Assembly: GCF_048593235.1 (NCBI RefSeq)
Contig: NC_133619.1
Coordinates: 251,796,454-251,860,453, forward strand
Direction: 5' to 3'
Source of the DNA: Sminthopsis crassicaudata
Taxonomy: Eukaryota
DNA: 64,000 nucleotides
Every line of letters begins with the position of its first letter. The first letter of the stretch is position 1. Below the pieces are notes generated by a model. It searched no databases and was not told the origin of the DNA. It saw only the letters and a program-made list of their open reading frames with translations. A program made the translations under genes and the position numbers. Shown piece after piece: positions 36,534-49,155 of this stretch.

Positions 36534-36928
36534 ATGCTTTAATTCATATGATATTTATTGAGCACCTACGATGTATAAGCATTTTGCTAATTGCTGATTT
36601 GCTATTGTAAAAATAACAGTAATACTACAACCTACTTCTAAAGGGAACCACAAATAAAATCTTTTGTAAACCTTAAAATAATATTATACAAGTGACCAGG
36701 CTGGAATGTAAGCTTCATGAGGGCAGATACCTGTCTTTTTTAAACTTGGTATCTCTCCTAGCAAATTGTTCTGCACACAATGGTGCTTAATAAATGTTTG
36801 AACTATATTTATTCACTCAGTCATCATAAAAGAGCCTAAAAATGGCTTATATGAAACATCTGAGATTGCTTTAATGATTTACTCTTCATAGAATAGATGG
36901 AAAACATAGCTAGAAAACACATTAGGTC

Positions 36929-37127
36929 AGTGATTCTTCTTTGTGTGTCATGGACTATTTGGGAGTCTGCTGAAGTCTATGGACCCCTTTTCAGAGTAAT
37001 ACTTTTAAAGACAAAAATGTAGTCCACAAAGGAAAAAAATAGGTTTTTAAGGGGAAAAGAATACATTTTTTTTTTCAAATTCAATTTAAGGACCACTGTC
37101 TATAGACCCCATATTAAAACATCTGCC
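36929..37127. mobile_element. hAT-Charlie-like MITE (family A)
   Basis: GTCATGGAC...CTGAAGTCTATGGACCCCTTTTCAGAGTAAT, the reverse of 4709-4905 and 56245-56535. Confidence 0.5.
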
Positions 37128-38586
37128 TTAGAGCTCATCCAGTTTGAGATCTTCATTTCATAAATAAGGAAAGCAAGACCCAGAATGATTAAATGACAAG
37201 TTCTTACATCTAGCCAGAATCATTGCCAGGGCTAGATCCCAGGTCTGTCAGTCCAGTGGTATTTCTATTTGTAACACATAGCTTCCAGTTTGAAATCAAG
37301 AGGAGACATCATTGATTATCAGAGAGAGAAACTTTATCTTGCTACATCTGATGCCTCACATATAAATGTGAGTTTATGGGCACACAACAAATATAATGTG
37401 ATCATGATAACATCTACACTTGTCAGAAGCAGCTATGAGTTTTCTGCAAAGCAACACAAGGTACTTAGGAAAGCAGTGCTGAAGCACTGAAGGAAATAAA
37501 TGGGTAAAAGATCTAGGGCCACATCCTTTTCCACTTATTCCCAGGCCCAGCCCAATCTCAAAATTAAATAGATGTATTTGTTTTAAACAATATTAAATAA
37601 ATGGTATTTCCTTCATAAATTCCATCTATCTCAACTCATCATTATGGAGTTTAAGAGGAATAATCCCAATATTTGTATCCAATCTGATGCTAAGAAATCT
37701 TCTTCACCTCACATGCATGATTAAAAATGAGCAAATAAGGCAACATTTTAATGTGAATGCATTTACTCAGGGTGAAGTGATTTGGTCAATCAAGTGTGAA
37801 GAGTTCCTAATTTTTATCTTTTGTTAAAAGAAGCAAAATCAAACAAGAGTGCTATAGTCATCACATACAATAGAAGGAATCACTCCTAAGCCAGGAAGAA
37901 TACCGAAAAAGAAAGGTGTGGGCAGAAGGCAAGTTTCAAAACCTTTATAATTTTATCTAGGGTGCGCTCTTGATACCCACATCACATGGAGTTATTTTTG
38001 TCACACAGTTGCAAACAGCAGCATCTTTGTTCGGCATACCTTTCACGAGGATATCTTTTGTTATTTGTTCATTTTAACAGGACTCCCCCTTCATTGGGGC
38101 CAAACAACATTAGCACAGAGTCATGAGACCTAGTATCTACACAACTCAGCCACTAGCTTGCTATATGACTTGGGACAAATAGTAACCTTTCTGAGCATTG
38201 GTTTCTTCATCTGTATAATTAAGTGGTTGGACTAAAAAATCTCAAAAGTTACTTAGAGAGTTTTAATGGAAACCATGCCATTCCTAGGGGATTTGCTAAT
38301 AAAGACATTGCTAAAATATACAGAAAATCTAATTACAAATCTGGGTCTTAGATGATCTTATAGATGAGAAAACAGACCCTGACTGGTTTACTTGACTTGT
38401 CCAAAGTCAGAAACTAAAACATCCAAACTTAAGTCCTTAATGTTTGAGATTTCAGTGAAAAAACAAATATGGCTGACTCAAATGGAACCTCCCAAAAAAT
38501 CCCTTTGACCTTGCCTCCTATTCATAAGTAATGTCCCAAATTAATATTTGATTAAAGATACAAGAGAAAAAAAGTTAAGATTTTAC

Positions 38587-38737
38587 CTGAAAACAGGAGC
38601 CAGAGTTTACCCCGTAAAGATTCAGGGATTCCCATGGCAACAAGCTTGCGGATCTTTTCCGTACGAAACATACACACTGTTCTGCCATATTCCACAAAAT
38701 GGTCATTCCACAGACTTGCTTTTATCTGTTCTCTTGA
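38587..38737 (-). CDS. TBC1D8: TBC1D8 exon 9
   Basis: SREQIKASLWNDHFVEYGRTVCMFRTEKIRKLVAMGIPESLRGKLWLLFS; TAG / GTAAAA; 151 nt. Not in the ORF track. Confidence 0.95.
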
Positions 38738-40291
38738 CTAGAAACCATAATATGCATATTTCAGGGATGGCACACATCATCTATATACTCCTACCATGTT
38801 TTCTTAGACCACAAGATGTAATAGACTAGGAAGTTCATTGAGAAATCAATAATTATAGGCAATTAAACTTCAGTAGCAAAGCTTAAAAAGAGGAACAAGA
38901 TTTCCTACAAAAGTGCCTCATGACCATGATTGCTAGCTGAGAACTACTGAATGCTGCAACAGCTGCTAAAAGAGACTATGGTAATCTCCTCTGAAAATAT
39001 CAGAGTACAGTATTCTCTCTTTTATCTGCTGTGGTTAATGGGTAGGCAGGAAAGAGAGAGAGCTCTTCTCCCACTCCCTTTTTTGTTGTAGGATTTGGAG
39101 GGGAGGCAGGAAGAAAGAAAATAAAATTAACTCAAGAAATCTTCTACTTCCATTATCTGAAACAAGATTCAACAGAGATCAGAGAAACCAATCTCCTTAT
39201 TCAGGGGATGATTATTTTACACTTCCTTTCACGACCTCTTCCCATCTGTTAACCTTCAGGACATTTCACACTGTCTACTGCACATCACCAAGAATAGTTT
39301 ATGGAGTGGGTTGGTGAGGGGAGAAAGAAGGAAGAAAGAAAACTAAATCTGAGTACTTCTAGCAATCCTAAATAAAGTTTTGTTGGGGGCAGAGTTGAAA
39401 CCAGTTACCAAAATGAGATTTGAGGAAAATTTGTGCAATTGAGGGTTGGCCATAGCTATTTGAAAATTTCAAGACCACGGAGTTCACATATGGCATAGTA
39501 TTCACATTTGGCATTAACAAATCTATTGCTGGAAAGATCTCAATTTTGGCCATTCACAGAATCTTAAAATTCACAGGCCATAAAATCCAACTGCTTCATT
39601 TTACATGAGGAAATTCAGATCCAGAGAGGGTGAACTGCCCAAGTAATACAGCTAATAAGCATCAATAGAGGGACATTTATATTTACTCTTTCTCTCAGTT
39701 GCCCATTTGTACTAAATTAGAATACTACATATTTAACGATAGTAAATTAAAAAATAGTAAAACAAAGAAATAGAAAATAATAATTCTTAACACAAGCTCA
39801 GGTGAAAAGGAATTATTAGCATAATTAGAAAGCTTAGGTGATGTTTTCTTCTTCAAGACCCTTTGGAAGGTATATTGGTAATAATCAAACAAAAGCTAAT
39901 ATCTAGAAATGATTTTTACTGAAGATTATGAAAGGCCAGTTGAAATTTCAGACTTTCAATGGAGACAGTTTATTCCATTCAGAGAAAGTTTTCCAATCTT
40001 TTTAGTCCAATCTGTAATTGTAAAAGATTGAATCCCATTTTGGCTGAGAAGACAATATGGAAATGGTAAGTGATAAGGCCCACATCACCCTTCCCTCTCT
40101 TGAAATGATGAGGAGCTAAGGTGGAAAAATACTTATTCTACAAACCAAGCAGAAGCCTAGCAAGCAACTATATTGTTGAAAGGTCTTCAATGGCTACCCT
40201 AGTCCACTTTAAGGTGGGGATGCTGAGGCTTAAAGAGATTGAATAATTTACTGAAGGTCATGTGGTCTGTAAAGGCAAAGAATGCAAAGGC

Positions 40292-40461
40292 TTTTTTTTT
40301 GTTTGTTTTTATTTTTGTTTTTGTTTTTTTTCCTGAGGCAATTGGGGTTAAATGACTAGTGCAGAGTCCTTAGGAAGTGTTAAGTAACTGAGATCAGATT
40401 TAAACTCAGATCCTCCGGGTTTCAGGGCTGGTACTCTATCCACTGCACATATACTTGCCCC
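40292..40461 (-). mobile_element. WSINE1-like SINE
   Basis: T-rich tail plus GAGGCAATTGGGGTTAAATGAC...TTGCCCC. Confidence 0.8.
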
Positions 40462-40847
40462 CACAAAGGTTTTTTTTAGGAAAAGTGGATAGCAATATCA
40501 TCTTTGAGAAGATAAATTAATATCAGCATTTTATCTTGTCACAGTTTAAGAGTTTTATCAGGGCAGCTTCAATGTTAAACACAGAGTAAACAAGATTAAA
40601 TAGTTGTGAGTCTGGCTCCACAGGAACAGAACTGTGGGCTTTCTATGCCTGGCACACAGAGGTACAAAGCAGATATCAGGTCATAATAACTTATTGTAGA
40701 ACCATAGGACACTTTCTGGGTCCACTGCTCTCTAAGTCAAATGCTACAGTTAGTTCAGCTGAGTCTGTGTTTAAAAAAGGTCAATGGGATTGGAGAAGTG
40801 GGACTGAGAGTGTGAGAGACTAGAGAAAAAAGGTGAATTCTACTTAC

Positions 40848-41018
40848 CATTCTGGAATCAGGGCTCTGGGTTCCTGACTGGTGGAAGATGGCTATTAGTG
40901 CCTCAGAATTTGGCAGAGGGCTAGTTTCTTTGTCAACCGTGTTACCATTCTGAGACAGTTTGAGATTCCCAAACTTTTGATCACTGCACACACTAGTTGA
41001 CTGAAATAGAGAGGACGT
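40848..41018 (-). CDS. TBC1D8: TBC1D8 exon 8
   Basis: TSSLFQSTSVCSDQKFGNLK...HQSGTQSPDSRM; TTTTTCAG / GTAAGT; 171 nt, phase 0/0. Confidence 0.9.
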
Positions 41019-42899
41019 CTGAAAAAGTTAAAAAAAAAATGGAGATATTTGTTTTTGTTTTTACTTGCATAGGGTTGTAGAATTTATTTGGGGTTTCCAT
41101 ATTAACCACTAAGGACAACTGCAATTTTAAAACCTACCTACCTAGTTGTGATTTTAGAGAAGAGACAATACAAGAAGACATTAAATCTCAAAAAGCTCTG
41201 TCTTTACAATGGAATTGTCTACATAGAAGTTTTACTCTGCCCTTTAACATGAGACATACAAAGCAAAGGTCCCAGAATAGTAAGCTTGACAAGTTTTTAA
41301 CTTTCCTTTTTGAGACAGGAGAAAGCAGGTAACTCTGCACATACAGAAATATGCACAACACTATTCATAAAAGGAAAATTTCACAACCCTATTTTTTCTA
41401 TTACTTTGGATCCTAAAAATTTGGAAATGTGCTCCTTTGGAAAAACAAATCTCAAAGACAAGGTTAGAAAATGTGTTTGGTTTTTTTTTTTAATTAAGCC
41501 TGTCTATTTATTGCTAGTCCTATAAACATAAGTAAAATAAATATCATATCATTTCAGGTGTATGGCACTAGCAGCTGGGAACATGAGAAAAAGATCTATA
41601 GGAGATAGTGTTTGAACTGAGCTTTAAAGAAGACTAGGAAAAATGAAGGTCAGGAGGGAGGGAGTTCTAAATCTGGGGACAGCCTGTGCAAAAACAAAAA
41701 CAAGAACAAAAAAACCAAAATATAGGAGATATAATATTGTGTGCATCAATAGCAATATCAGTCTGGCTGGACCACACAAAGTGTATGTGAAGCCTGGAAA
41801 AGAGCCAAGTTATAGATGATTTTAAATGCCTAACCATGGAGTTTGTATTTGAGCCTAGAGGTTATAGGAAATTGCCTCACATAACTCTAACATAAGTAGT
41901 ACATAATGTAAGCCCTTTTCCAAAAACCTTTGTGAAAACCTAATTTGAAATTTTGGAAAGCAATTGGGGGCGGGGGAGGGCGGAGAAGGAAAAATTAGAC
42001 AGATATCCAATGCTTATATAGTCCATCACCAGCTGATCAAAAACCTGAAACGGATACCCTAAAGATGGTACTCTACAATGTATTGAGTTTTACAAATTCA
42101 ATCATTTTAATCTAACTTTTAGCTTAAAATTCTTCAAACAACCCTATAAGAATTATAGATCAACTTGTTTGCTAACTTATAGCTTAGCTGCTAGTAGATC
42201 TTGGGTGGGCTGAAATAGTAGAAGAGAGTGGAGAGTAAAAGAAAATAAATTATTAGGAGTCTAAATTTATATAGAGAGAAGATGACCAGAGAAAGAGTAA
42301 TAAATCCACCTCCCACCAATTACTATGCTAGTTATTTTCCATAACATCTACTTCTTTTCCCTGTGATTCTGTTCTGGGAAATGCATTGTATTTCTAATTA
42401 CTCTCAGATGAGAATTCAACCTTTTCAAGGCTTCTCTCCTATTCCTGGCAATAAATATATCAGGAGTGCTATTCAACAGTGGCACTATAATTTCTCTGCA
42501 TTCTTGATACATCAACAGGTCTCAGTAATTATCAGGCATTAATATCCTTGGCTTTGGAGTCAAATGACAATAATTTCTGTATCTACACAAAGAAATTTCT
42601 TGACAGCCTCTGTGGGTTACTGGGAGAAAACAAAGCCAATAGCTTATTAGCCACATCGTACTATATAATCCAATAAATATCCTCAGCTGTATCCTCAATC
42701 CCAAAGGGTAAAATGCCTTTTTTATGTTCTCCACATTATTCAGAATTTCAAGAGGATGTTATTTTTATAGGCCTGGAATCAACCTTCAAACAAAAAACAC
42801 TTGGGAGAGGTTTAATAACTGAATTTCTGAGTGCATGTAATATACATAATATGTGCATATATGTGTATATATACATACTTATGTATATATACACATATG

Positions 42900-43374
42900 T
42901 GTAAAGGGCAGGAATTCTGTATGAGTGATTTAAATCCTGCAACAAGGTGTTAACTCAGTGGGATTGATAAGACAATGGTTATCTAGTTTAACATGTGAGT
43001 TTTCTAGTTCAGTATGATTGATTGAATCTTACAACAAATAATGGTTCCCCAGTGATATAATGATCGGTTTATTCTCAGTAACTGTAATGATGTAACTGAA
43101 ATAGAGTATATAAACTGGGACAAACTCAGCCACAGACAGACTTCAAGATAGAGATCTTCATGGTGGCTCTCCTGCCTCCTGCATTCCTCCACTAAGAAGA
43201 CCAAGTTCCAACTGAAGGTCCCCTAGAAAGCTAACCCGGGCCCAGACGAAGGAGACAGACTGTGAAGGAGATCATAAAGATTTTGGATTTTATCCTTGAC
43301 TATTCTCATGGTGATTATTCTGCTGAAATGAAGGCTGGTCCCAAGACCTCCAGAAAGCTAACCAGAACATTATA
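42900..43374 (+). mobile_element. ERV solo LTR (475 bp)
   Basis: Starts TGTAAAG and ends AACATTATA (terminal CA changed to TA); perfect 6-bp TSD CATATG at 42894-42899 and 43375-43380; TATATAAA 43107-43114; CATAAA 43273-43278. Confidence 0.85.
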
Positions 43375-43487
43375 CATATGTATAAAGTATATATGCATAT
43401 ATATTTGAGCTTAAATAATTTGAGCCTGATAAATATGCATCTATATGACATATAGATATATATTTATATAAATTTGAAACATCATAC

Positions 43488-43682
43488 CTCAGCTTCATTT
43501 TTCAAGGTGTCATAATGCACTGGGCTGTTAGCATGAACCTGTTTCAATCTCCTGAGCAAGTTTTCCACCAAGCTCTCCCTATCCTTGAGTTCAATGAACT
43601 GAAAAGCCATCTTGCTCCTTATACTGATGATGATGGGATTAGGAAGGAGACTGGTATCTTCCATTTTCTCTATGCTCACTAC
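43488..43682 (-). CDS. TBC1D8: TBC1D8 exon 7
   Basis: VVSIEKMEDTSLLPNPIIISIRSKMAFQFIELKDRESLVENLLRRLKQV...NEAE; CAG / GTATGA; 195 nt. Confidence 0.95.
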
Positions 43683-45202
43683 CTGTTAAAAAAATTGTTA
43701 TATGTCAAAATATGAGGGGAAAGAAAGTAGTTTCATTGAACATTCAGAAAAACTTGAACAAAAAGGTAACTGCAAGCAGTGTCTGAATATAAAGAATTTT
43801 CCTGTCTTCCTGTCTCCAGATGCTGGTCTTTTCATTAGTACATGCCAAATCAAAACCAGAATCCATATTAATTTAATAAAATGGATAGAAAGAGCCTAAC
43901 CCCAAACTGAGGTGAATTTAAACAATTCCTTGGAGACTGCAAGATGATATCCAAGTGCTGACTAGCCAAATTCTTTTTTAATGTTTTTTTCCCCCCATCT
44001 TGTTCAGACTTGTATAGGGTACTCCCAGAAAGGAAAATTCCTTCACCAATGCAGATCAACCGCTGTTCTGCAAATTATAGTCTTAGAGTTGCCTAAGGCA
44101 CTGAGAATTTAGATGATAGCCTGGTACTGAGCCAATATGAATCAGAGGCAAAACATGAACTTGGGTCATTCAGAAATTCTCTATTCACTATTTCTTGATG
44201 CTTCTCAGGCAGATCTTAACCTCTTTGATTATTTTGAATGTTCTCACTGTTGCTATGAATAAGAAACAATTATCACAACATCATTATTATCACATGTTTA
44301 GCACTATTTTTAGAAAAAGATCATTTGCTTTCTCATACACACACACATATCTATCTTTCATATTCTTACATCATCACTCAGGAAACATCTGGTCTTGATG
44401 AGATGTCCCTGATGTGTTAGTCTTTTGTTTTCATTGTTGCTAGGACATACTTTAAGCTTATTTTCTCCTTCCTCTGATCTTGCATTTGCTACCTGAATAA
44501 TAGGTATCACCTTCAATTTATAGATAGTAAAACTGAGACAGGGATTAATTAACTTGCCTGAGGTGACAAGCTGCTTTAGATCTGGAAATAAACCTAAGTT
44601 TTAAAATTCTCATATCTTTGTTTTTTTTCCACTAGAAATATTATTTTTAAATATGACTATTTTTAATTCACTTTTACTATTTCAAGGAATTATTTTTTAT
44701 TTTTAAATGAATTACCAAGAACATAAAGTTTACCCTGCTTACAATTTTTAAAAAAATTTTTGAAACAAAAATGGTTGGGCTTTTTTTAGGGATTATGGAG
44801 AAGGTTTGATGAGGGGAACTGCAAAGAAAATTAGTTTTTTTTTTCCTTCACTTACTGTTCTTAGAAAAATTTTAATTACTACATGTAAATTTTTTACAGC
44901 TTCATCAATATAGAAGAAGTCACGGTAAGCTACTTTTATAAGTCATTTCTTTTCAAAATTTTTAGTTCTCAATAGAAAAGAGTGGGGAAAAAATGGAAAA
45001 AAACAAAAAAAAACCACACCCAATATTTTGATTCCTGCTGCACATGTAAGGAAAAGGTCTACATATCTGGAAACTCATCTCTGACCTGGTGGAAGATAGT
45101 GCTTCTTTTCTGGTTCCCCTTGCATAACTTCAATTATGGGGTGAAGTGGCAAAGATGTGCAAAAAGGACTCACAAACATAGAGATTCAGAGATAGATTCT
45201 AC

Positions 45203-45410
45203 CTCTCTAAGTGGAAGGACGACATTGCAACAGCCATCTTCTTTGCTGGCAAAACAGACATAGCTATCAGACGCAAACATCCGTCCCACTGTGTGACAGC
45301 GACTAAATGGTGTCCAAAGAGAACAATCTACAACTTCATGTAGCTTCTCCTTTCTTGGCAATCTGAAGAAGGCTCTAAAGAACTCATTTTGTGCTCTGGC
45401 TTCCAGATCC
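45203..45410 (-). CDS. TBC1D8: TBC1D8 exon 6 (second GRAM domain)
   Basis: (R)DLEARAQNEFFRAFFRLPRKEKLHEVVDCSLWTPFSRCHTVGRMFASDSYVCFASKEDGCCNVVLPLRE; AAG / GTAGAA; 208 nt. The 15 exons total 2575 nt with all phases consistent. Confidence 0.95.
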
Positions 45411-45425
45411 CTTGTAAGGGAGGAA

Positions 45426-45698
45426 NNNNNNNNNNNNNNNNNNNNNNNNNNNNNNNNNNNNNNNNNNNNNNNNNNNNNNNNNNNNNNNNNNNNNNNNNNN
45501 NNNNNNNNNNNNNNNNNNNNNNNNNNNNNNNNNNNNNNNNNNNNNNNNNNNNNNNNNNNNNNNNNNNNNNNNNNNNNNNNNNNNNNNNNNNNNNNNNNNN
45601 NNNNNNNNNNNNNNNNNNNNNNNNNNNNNNNNNNNNNNNNNNNNNNNNNNNNNNNNNNNNNNNNNNNNNNNNNNNNNNNNNNNNNNNNNNNNNNNNNN
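45426..45698. other. Assembly gap (273 N)
   Basis: N run. Confidence 1.
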
Positions 45699-46745
45699 CA
45701 TTTACTAATTTTTAAAAATTATCCTTCTAGAACTGGTATTTCAAAGTTAAAATAAATAGACCACGTGGACTTTGAATTAAACACATCAAATTGTAAATAC
45801 CCAATTTGTAAGATGATCTTATTAAGAATTATTTTGTATGTTTCCCTACATTGAAATTTTGTTTAATGAAATAAGTTTCAAAACTGATCTCTGATCAAAG
45901 TAACCATTCTTTAAAAATATTAGACTCCTATTTACATATAAACAAAAACTTTAACAATCATTAAAATTTTTTTTTAATTTTAAAAGATAAAAACTTGTCT
46001 TCTCATCTGCCCCTCCCCCTTCGAGAAGGCAAAAATGTTATTTTAATTATACAAATGATGCCCTGCAAAATATTTCTGTTTTAGCCATGTTGCAAAAGAA
46101 AATATAAACAAAATAAAATAAAACAATAAAAAAGAAAGTTTCAAAAAGTATGCTTGCTTCCTTCTGCACTCAGACTTCATGAGTTCTCTCTCTGAAAGTG
46201 GATAGCCTTTTTCATCATGAGTTCTTTGGAGTTGTCTTAAATCACTTTCTTGATCAGAGTAGCTGCCTTTCACAGTTGATTATTATTACACTATTATATA
46301 ACTGTGCACAAAGATTTCCTGTTTCTGCTCATTACACTTTTCCTTAATTCACATAAGACTTCTTAGTTTTTTTCTGAAAGCAACCTGCTTGTTATTTCTT
46401 ATTGCATAATAGTATTCCATCATCATCTAATGACATCAAATGTCCCAATTGAGGGGAATCCCCTCAGTTTTCAATTCTTTGCTACCATAGAGAGCTGCTA
46501 TATTTTTTTTGGACAGAGAGGTTCTTTTTCCTTTCCCCTGGCATACAGACCTAGTAGTGGTATTGCCTGATCAAAGGGTAAGGGGTAAGTACAGTTTTAT
46601 TTCCAAATAGTCTTCCAGAATGGTTGGACTAATTCACAATTTCACTAACAGTATAGTAGTGTCCTATTTTCCCACATTCTCTGCAGCATTTGACATTTTC
46701 CTTTTGTGTGTGTGTGGGTATATATATATATATATATCCCCCCCT

Positions 46746-46875
46746 GAGGCTGGGATTAAGTGACTTGCCCAGGGTCACACAGCTAGGAAGTGTTAAGTGT
46801 CTGAGACCAAATTTGAACTTGGGTCCTCCTGACTTCAGGGCTGGTGCTCTACCTACTGTTCTATCTAGCTGCCCC
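46746..46875 (-). mobile_element. WSINE1-like SINE inside the L1 block
   Basis: GAGGCTGGGATTAAGTGACTTGCCCAGGG...CTAGCTGCCCC. Confidence 0.85.
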
Positions 46876-48359
46876 TTTAAATTTTATTTTAATAGTATAT
46901 TATTTTTCAATTACATGTAACAATGGTTTTCAACATTCATTTTTTTAAGACTTTGAGTTCCAATTTTTTTCCTCCTTCCCTCCTTTACTTCCCCCATCCC
47001 CAAAACAGCAAGCAATCTGATATAGATTATACATATACAATCATTTTAAACATACTTTCAAAAGAGTTGTGTTGGGAAAAAAATAATAACAAAAAGAAAA
47101 CACCTCAAGAAAGAAAACAAAACAAAAGATGAAAATCAATATGCTTCAACCTGCATTTAGTCTCCATAGTTCTTTCTCTGGATGCAGATGGCAGTTTCCA
47201 TCCAAAGCCTATTCTAATTGTCTTGGATCATTGTATTGCTGAGAAGAGCTAAGGCCATCATAGCTAACCACACAATCTTGTTGTTACTATATACAGTGTT
47301 TTCTTGATTTTGCTCACTTCACTCAGAATTGTTTGTGTAAGTCTTTCCAGGCTTTTCTGAAATCAGTTCTTATTCAGCCGTTCCCCAACTGATGGCATTC
47401 ACCCATTTTCCAATTCTTTGTCATCACAAAAAGAGCTGCTACAAATGTTTTTGCACATATGGTTCCTTTCCCTTCTTTTATGATATATGAGATATAGGCC
47501 CAGTAGAAACACTGCTACTTCAAAAGGTATGCCCAGTTTTATATTCCTTTGAGCATAGTTCTTAATTGCTTTTGAGAATGGCTGGATCAGTTCACAACTC
47601 CACCAAAAATGCCTTAGTAGCCCCGTTTTCCTATACCTCCAACATTTATCATTATCCTTTTCTGTCATCTTAGCCAATCTGATAGGTGAGAGATGGTACC
47701 TGAGTTGCTTTAATTTTCATTTCTTTAATCAATAGTAATTGAGTATTTTTTCATATGACTATGGATGGTTTTATTTTTTTCATCTGAAAATTATCTATTC
47801 ATATCCTTTGACCATTTATCAATTGGAGAACCTAATTTACTTGTGACACCCTTTTTGTCTAAATCATTTCTTCATTTTGACCTTATCTGGGTATATGGTG
47901 AGATGTTCACCTAGTTTCTGTCAAATTGCTTTCCAGTTGTACCAGCAATTTTTGTCAAATGTTGAATTCTTACCCCCCATACTTGGATCTTTGGGCTTTT
48001 CAAACATCAAACACTAGATCACTGTGTTCATATTACCACCATGTACCAGATACATAATCTATCCACTGATCCATCACTTTATTTCTTAGTTAGAACCAAG
48101 TTGTTTTCATAACTGGAGTTGCTAGGCTACTTTCTTTAACATTTTTTTTCTATTGGTTCTTCATTCTTGCCCTTTTGTTCTCCCAAATTAACTTAGTTAC
48201 TCTTTTTTCTAGCTCTATAAAATAATTCTTCAGTAGTTTGCTATAGTATTGAATAAGTAAATTAATTTAATGGAGTTGTTTTCATTTTTGATACTATCCA
48301 TTTCTTTTTCTTTTTCTTCTTTAATCAAATTAATCAAGTTTATTCACTGGTTCATTTAT

Positions 48360-49155
48360 TTATTTATTTATTTTTATTTAGAATTTTTTTTCCCACAGTA
48401 TATATGCATGAGTAATTTTTTTATAATATTTTAAATATTTATAATATTTTTCCAAATTATCCCCCCTCCCTCCACACCCTCCCCCTGATGATAGGCAATC
48501 CCATACATTTTACATATGTTACAATATAACCTAGATACAATATATGTGTGTAAATACCATTTTCTTGTTGCACATTAAGTATTAGATTCCGAAGGTATAA
48601 GTAACCTGGGTAGATAGACAGTAGTGCTAACAATCTACATTCACTTCCCAGTGTTCCTTCTCTGGATATAGTTATTTCTGTCCATCATTGATCAACTGGA
48701 AGTGAGTTGGATCTTCTTTATGTTGAAGATATCCACTTCCATCAGAATACATCCTCATACAACATTGAAGTGTACAGAGATCTTCTGGTTCTGCTCATTT
48801 CACTCAGCATTAGTTGATGTAAGTCTCTCCAAGCCTCTCTGTATTCCTCCTGCTGGTCATTTCTTACAGAGCAATAATATTCCATAACCTTCATATACCA
48901 TAATTTACCCAACCATTCTCCAATTGATGGACATCCATTCATCTTCCAGTTTCTAGCTACAACAAAAAGAGCTGCCACAAACATTTTGGCACATACAGGT
49001 CCCTTTCCGCTCTTTAGTATTTCTTTGGGATATAAGCCCAATAGCAGCAATGCTGGATCAAGGGGTATGCACAGTTTGATAACTTTTTGGGCATAGTTCC
49101 AAATTGCTCTCCAGAATGGCTGGATTCTTTCACAACTCCACCAACAATGTGTCAG
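48360..49155 (-). mobile_element. Young 5'-truncated L1 nested in an older L1
   Basis: Open ORF2 C-terminus (HCWWSC...LGLYPKE...KLWYMKVMEYY); 18-bp TSD ATTCACTGGTT(C/T)ATTTAT at 48342-48359 and 49156-49173. Confidence 0.9.

Noticed and set aside
45384-45715. ORFs spanning N runs (also 55591-56170 and 59428-59787)
   Set aside because: Artefacts of translating assembly gaps.
45764-45769. CACGTG E-box as a clock-controlled element
   Set aside because: A single hexamer in an AT-rich intron is expected by chance in 64 kb.
47399-47677. 92-aa ORF as an independent gene
   Set aside because: Degenerate L1 ORF2 C-terminal remnant, already covered by the L1 block.
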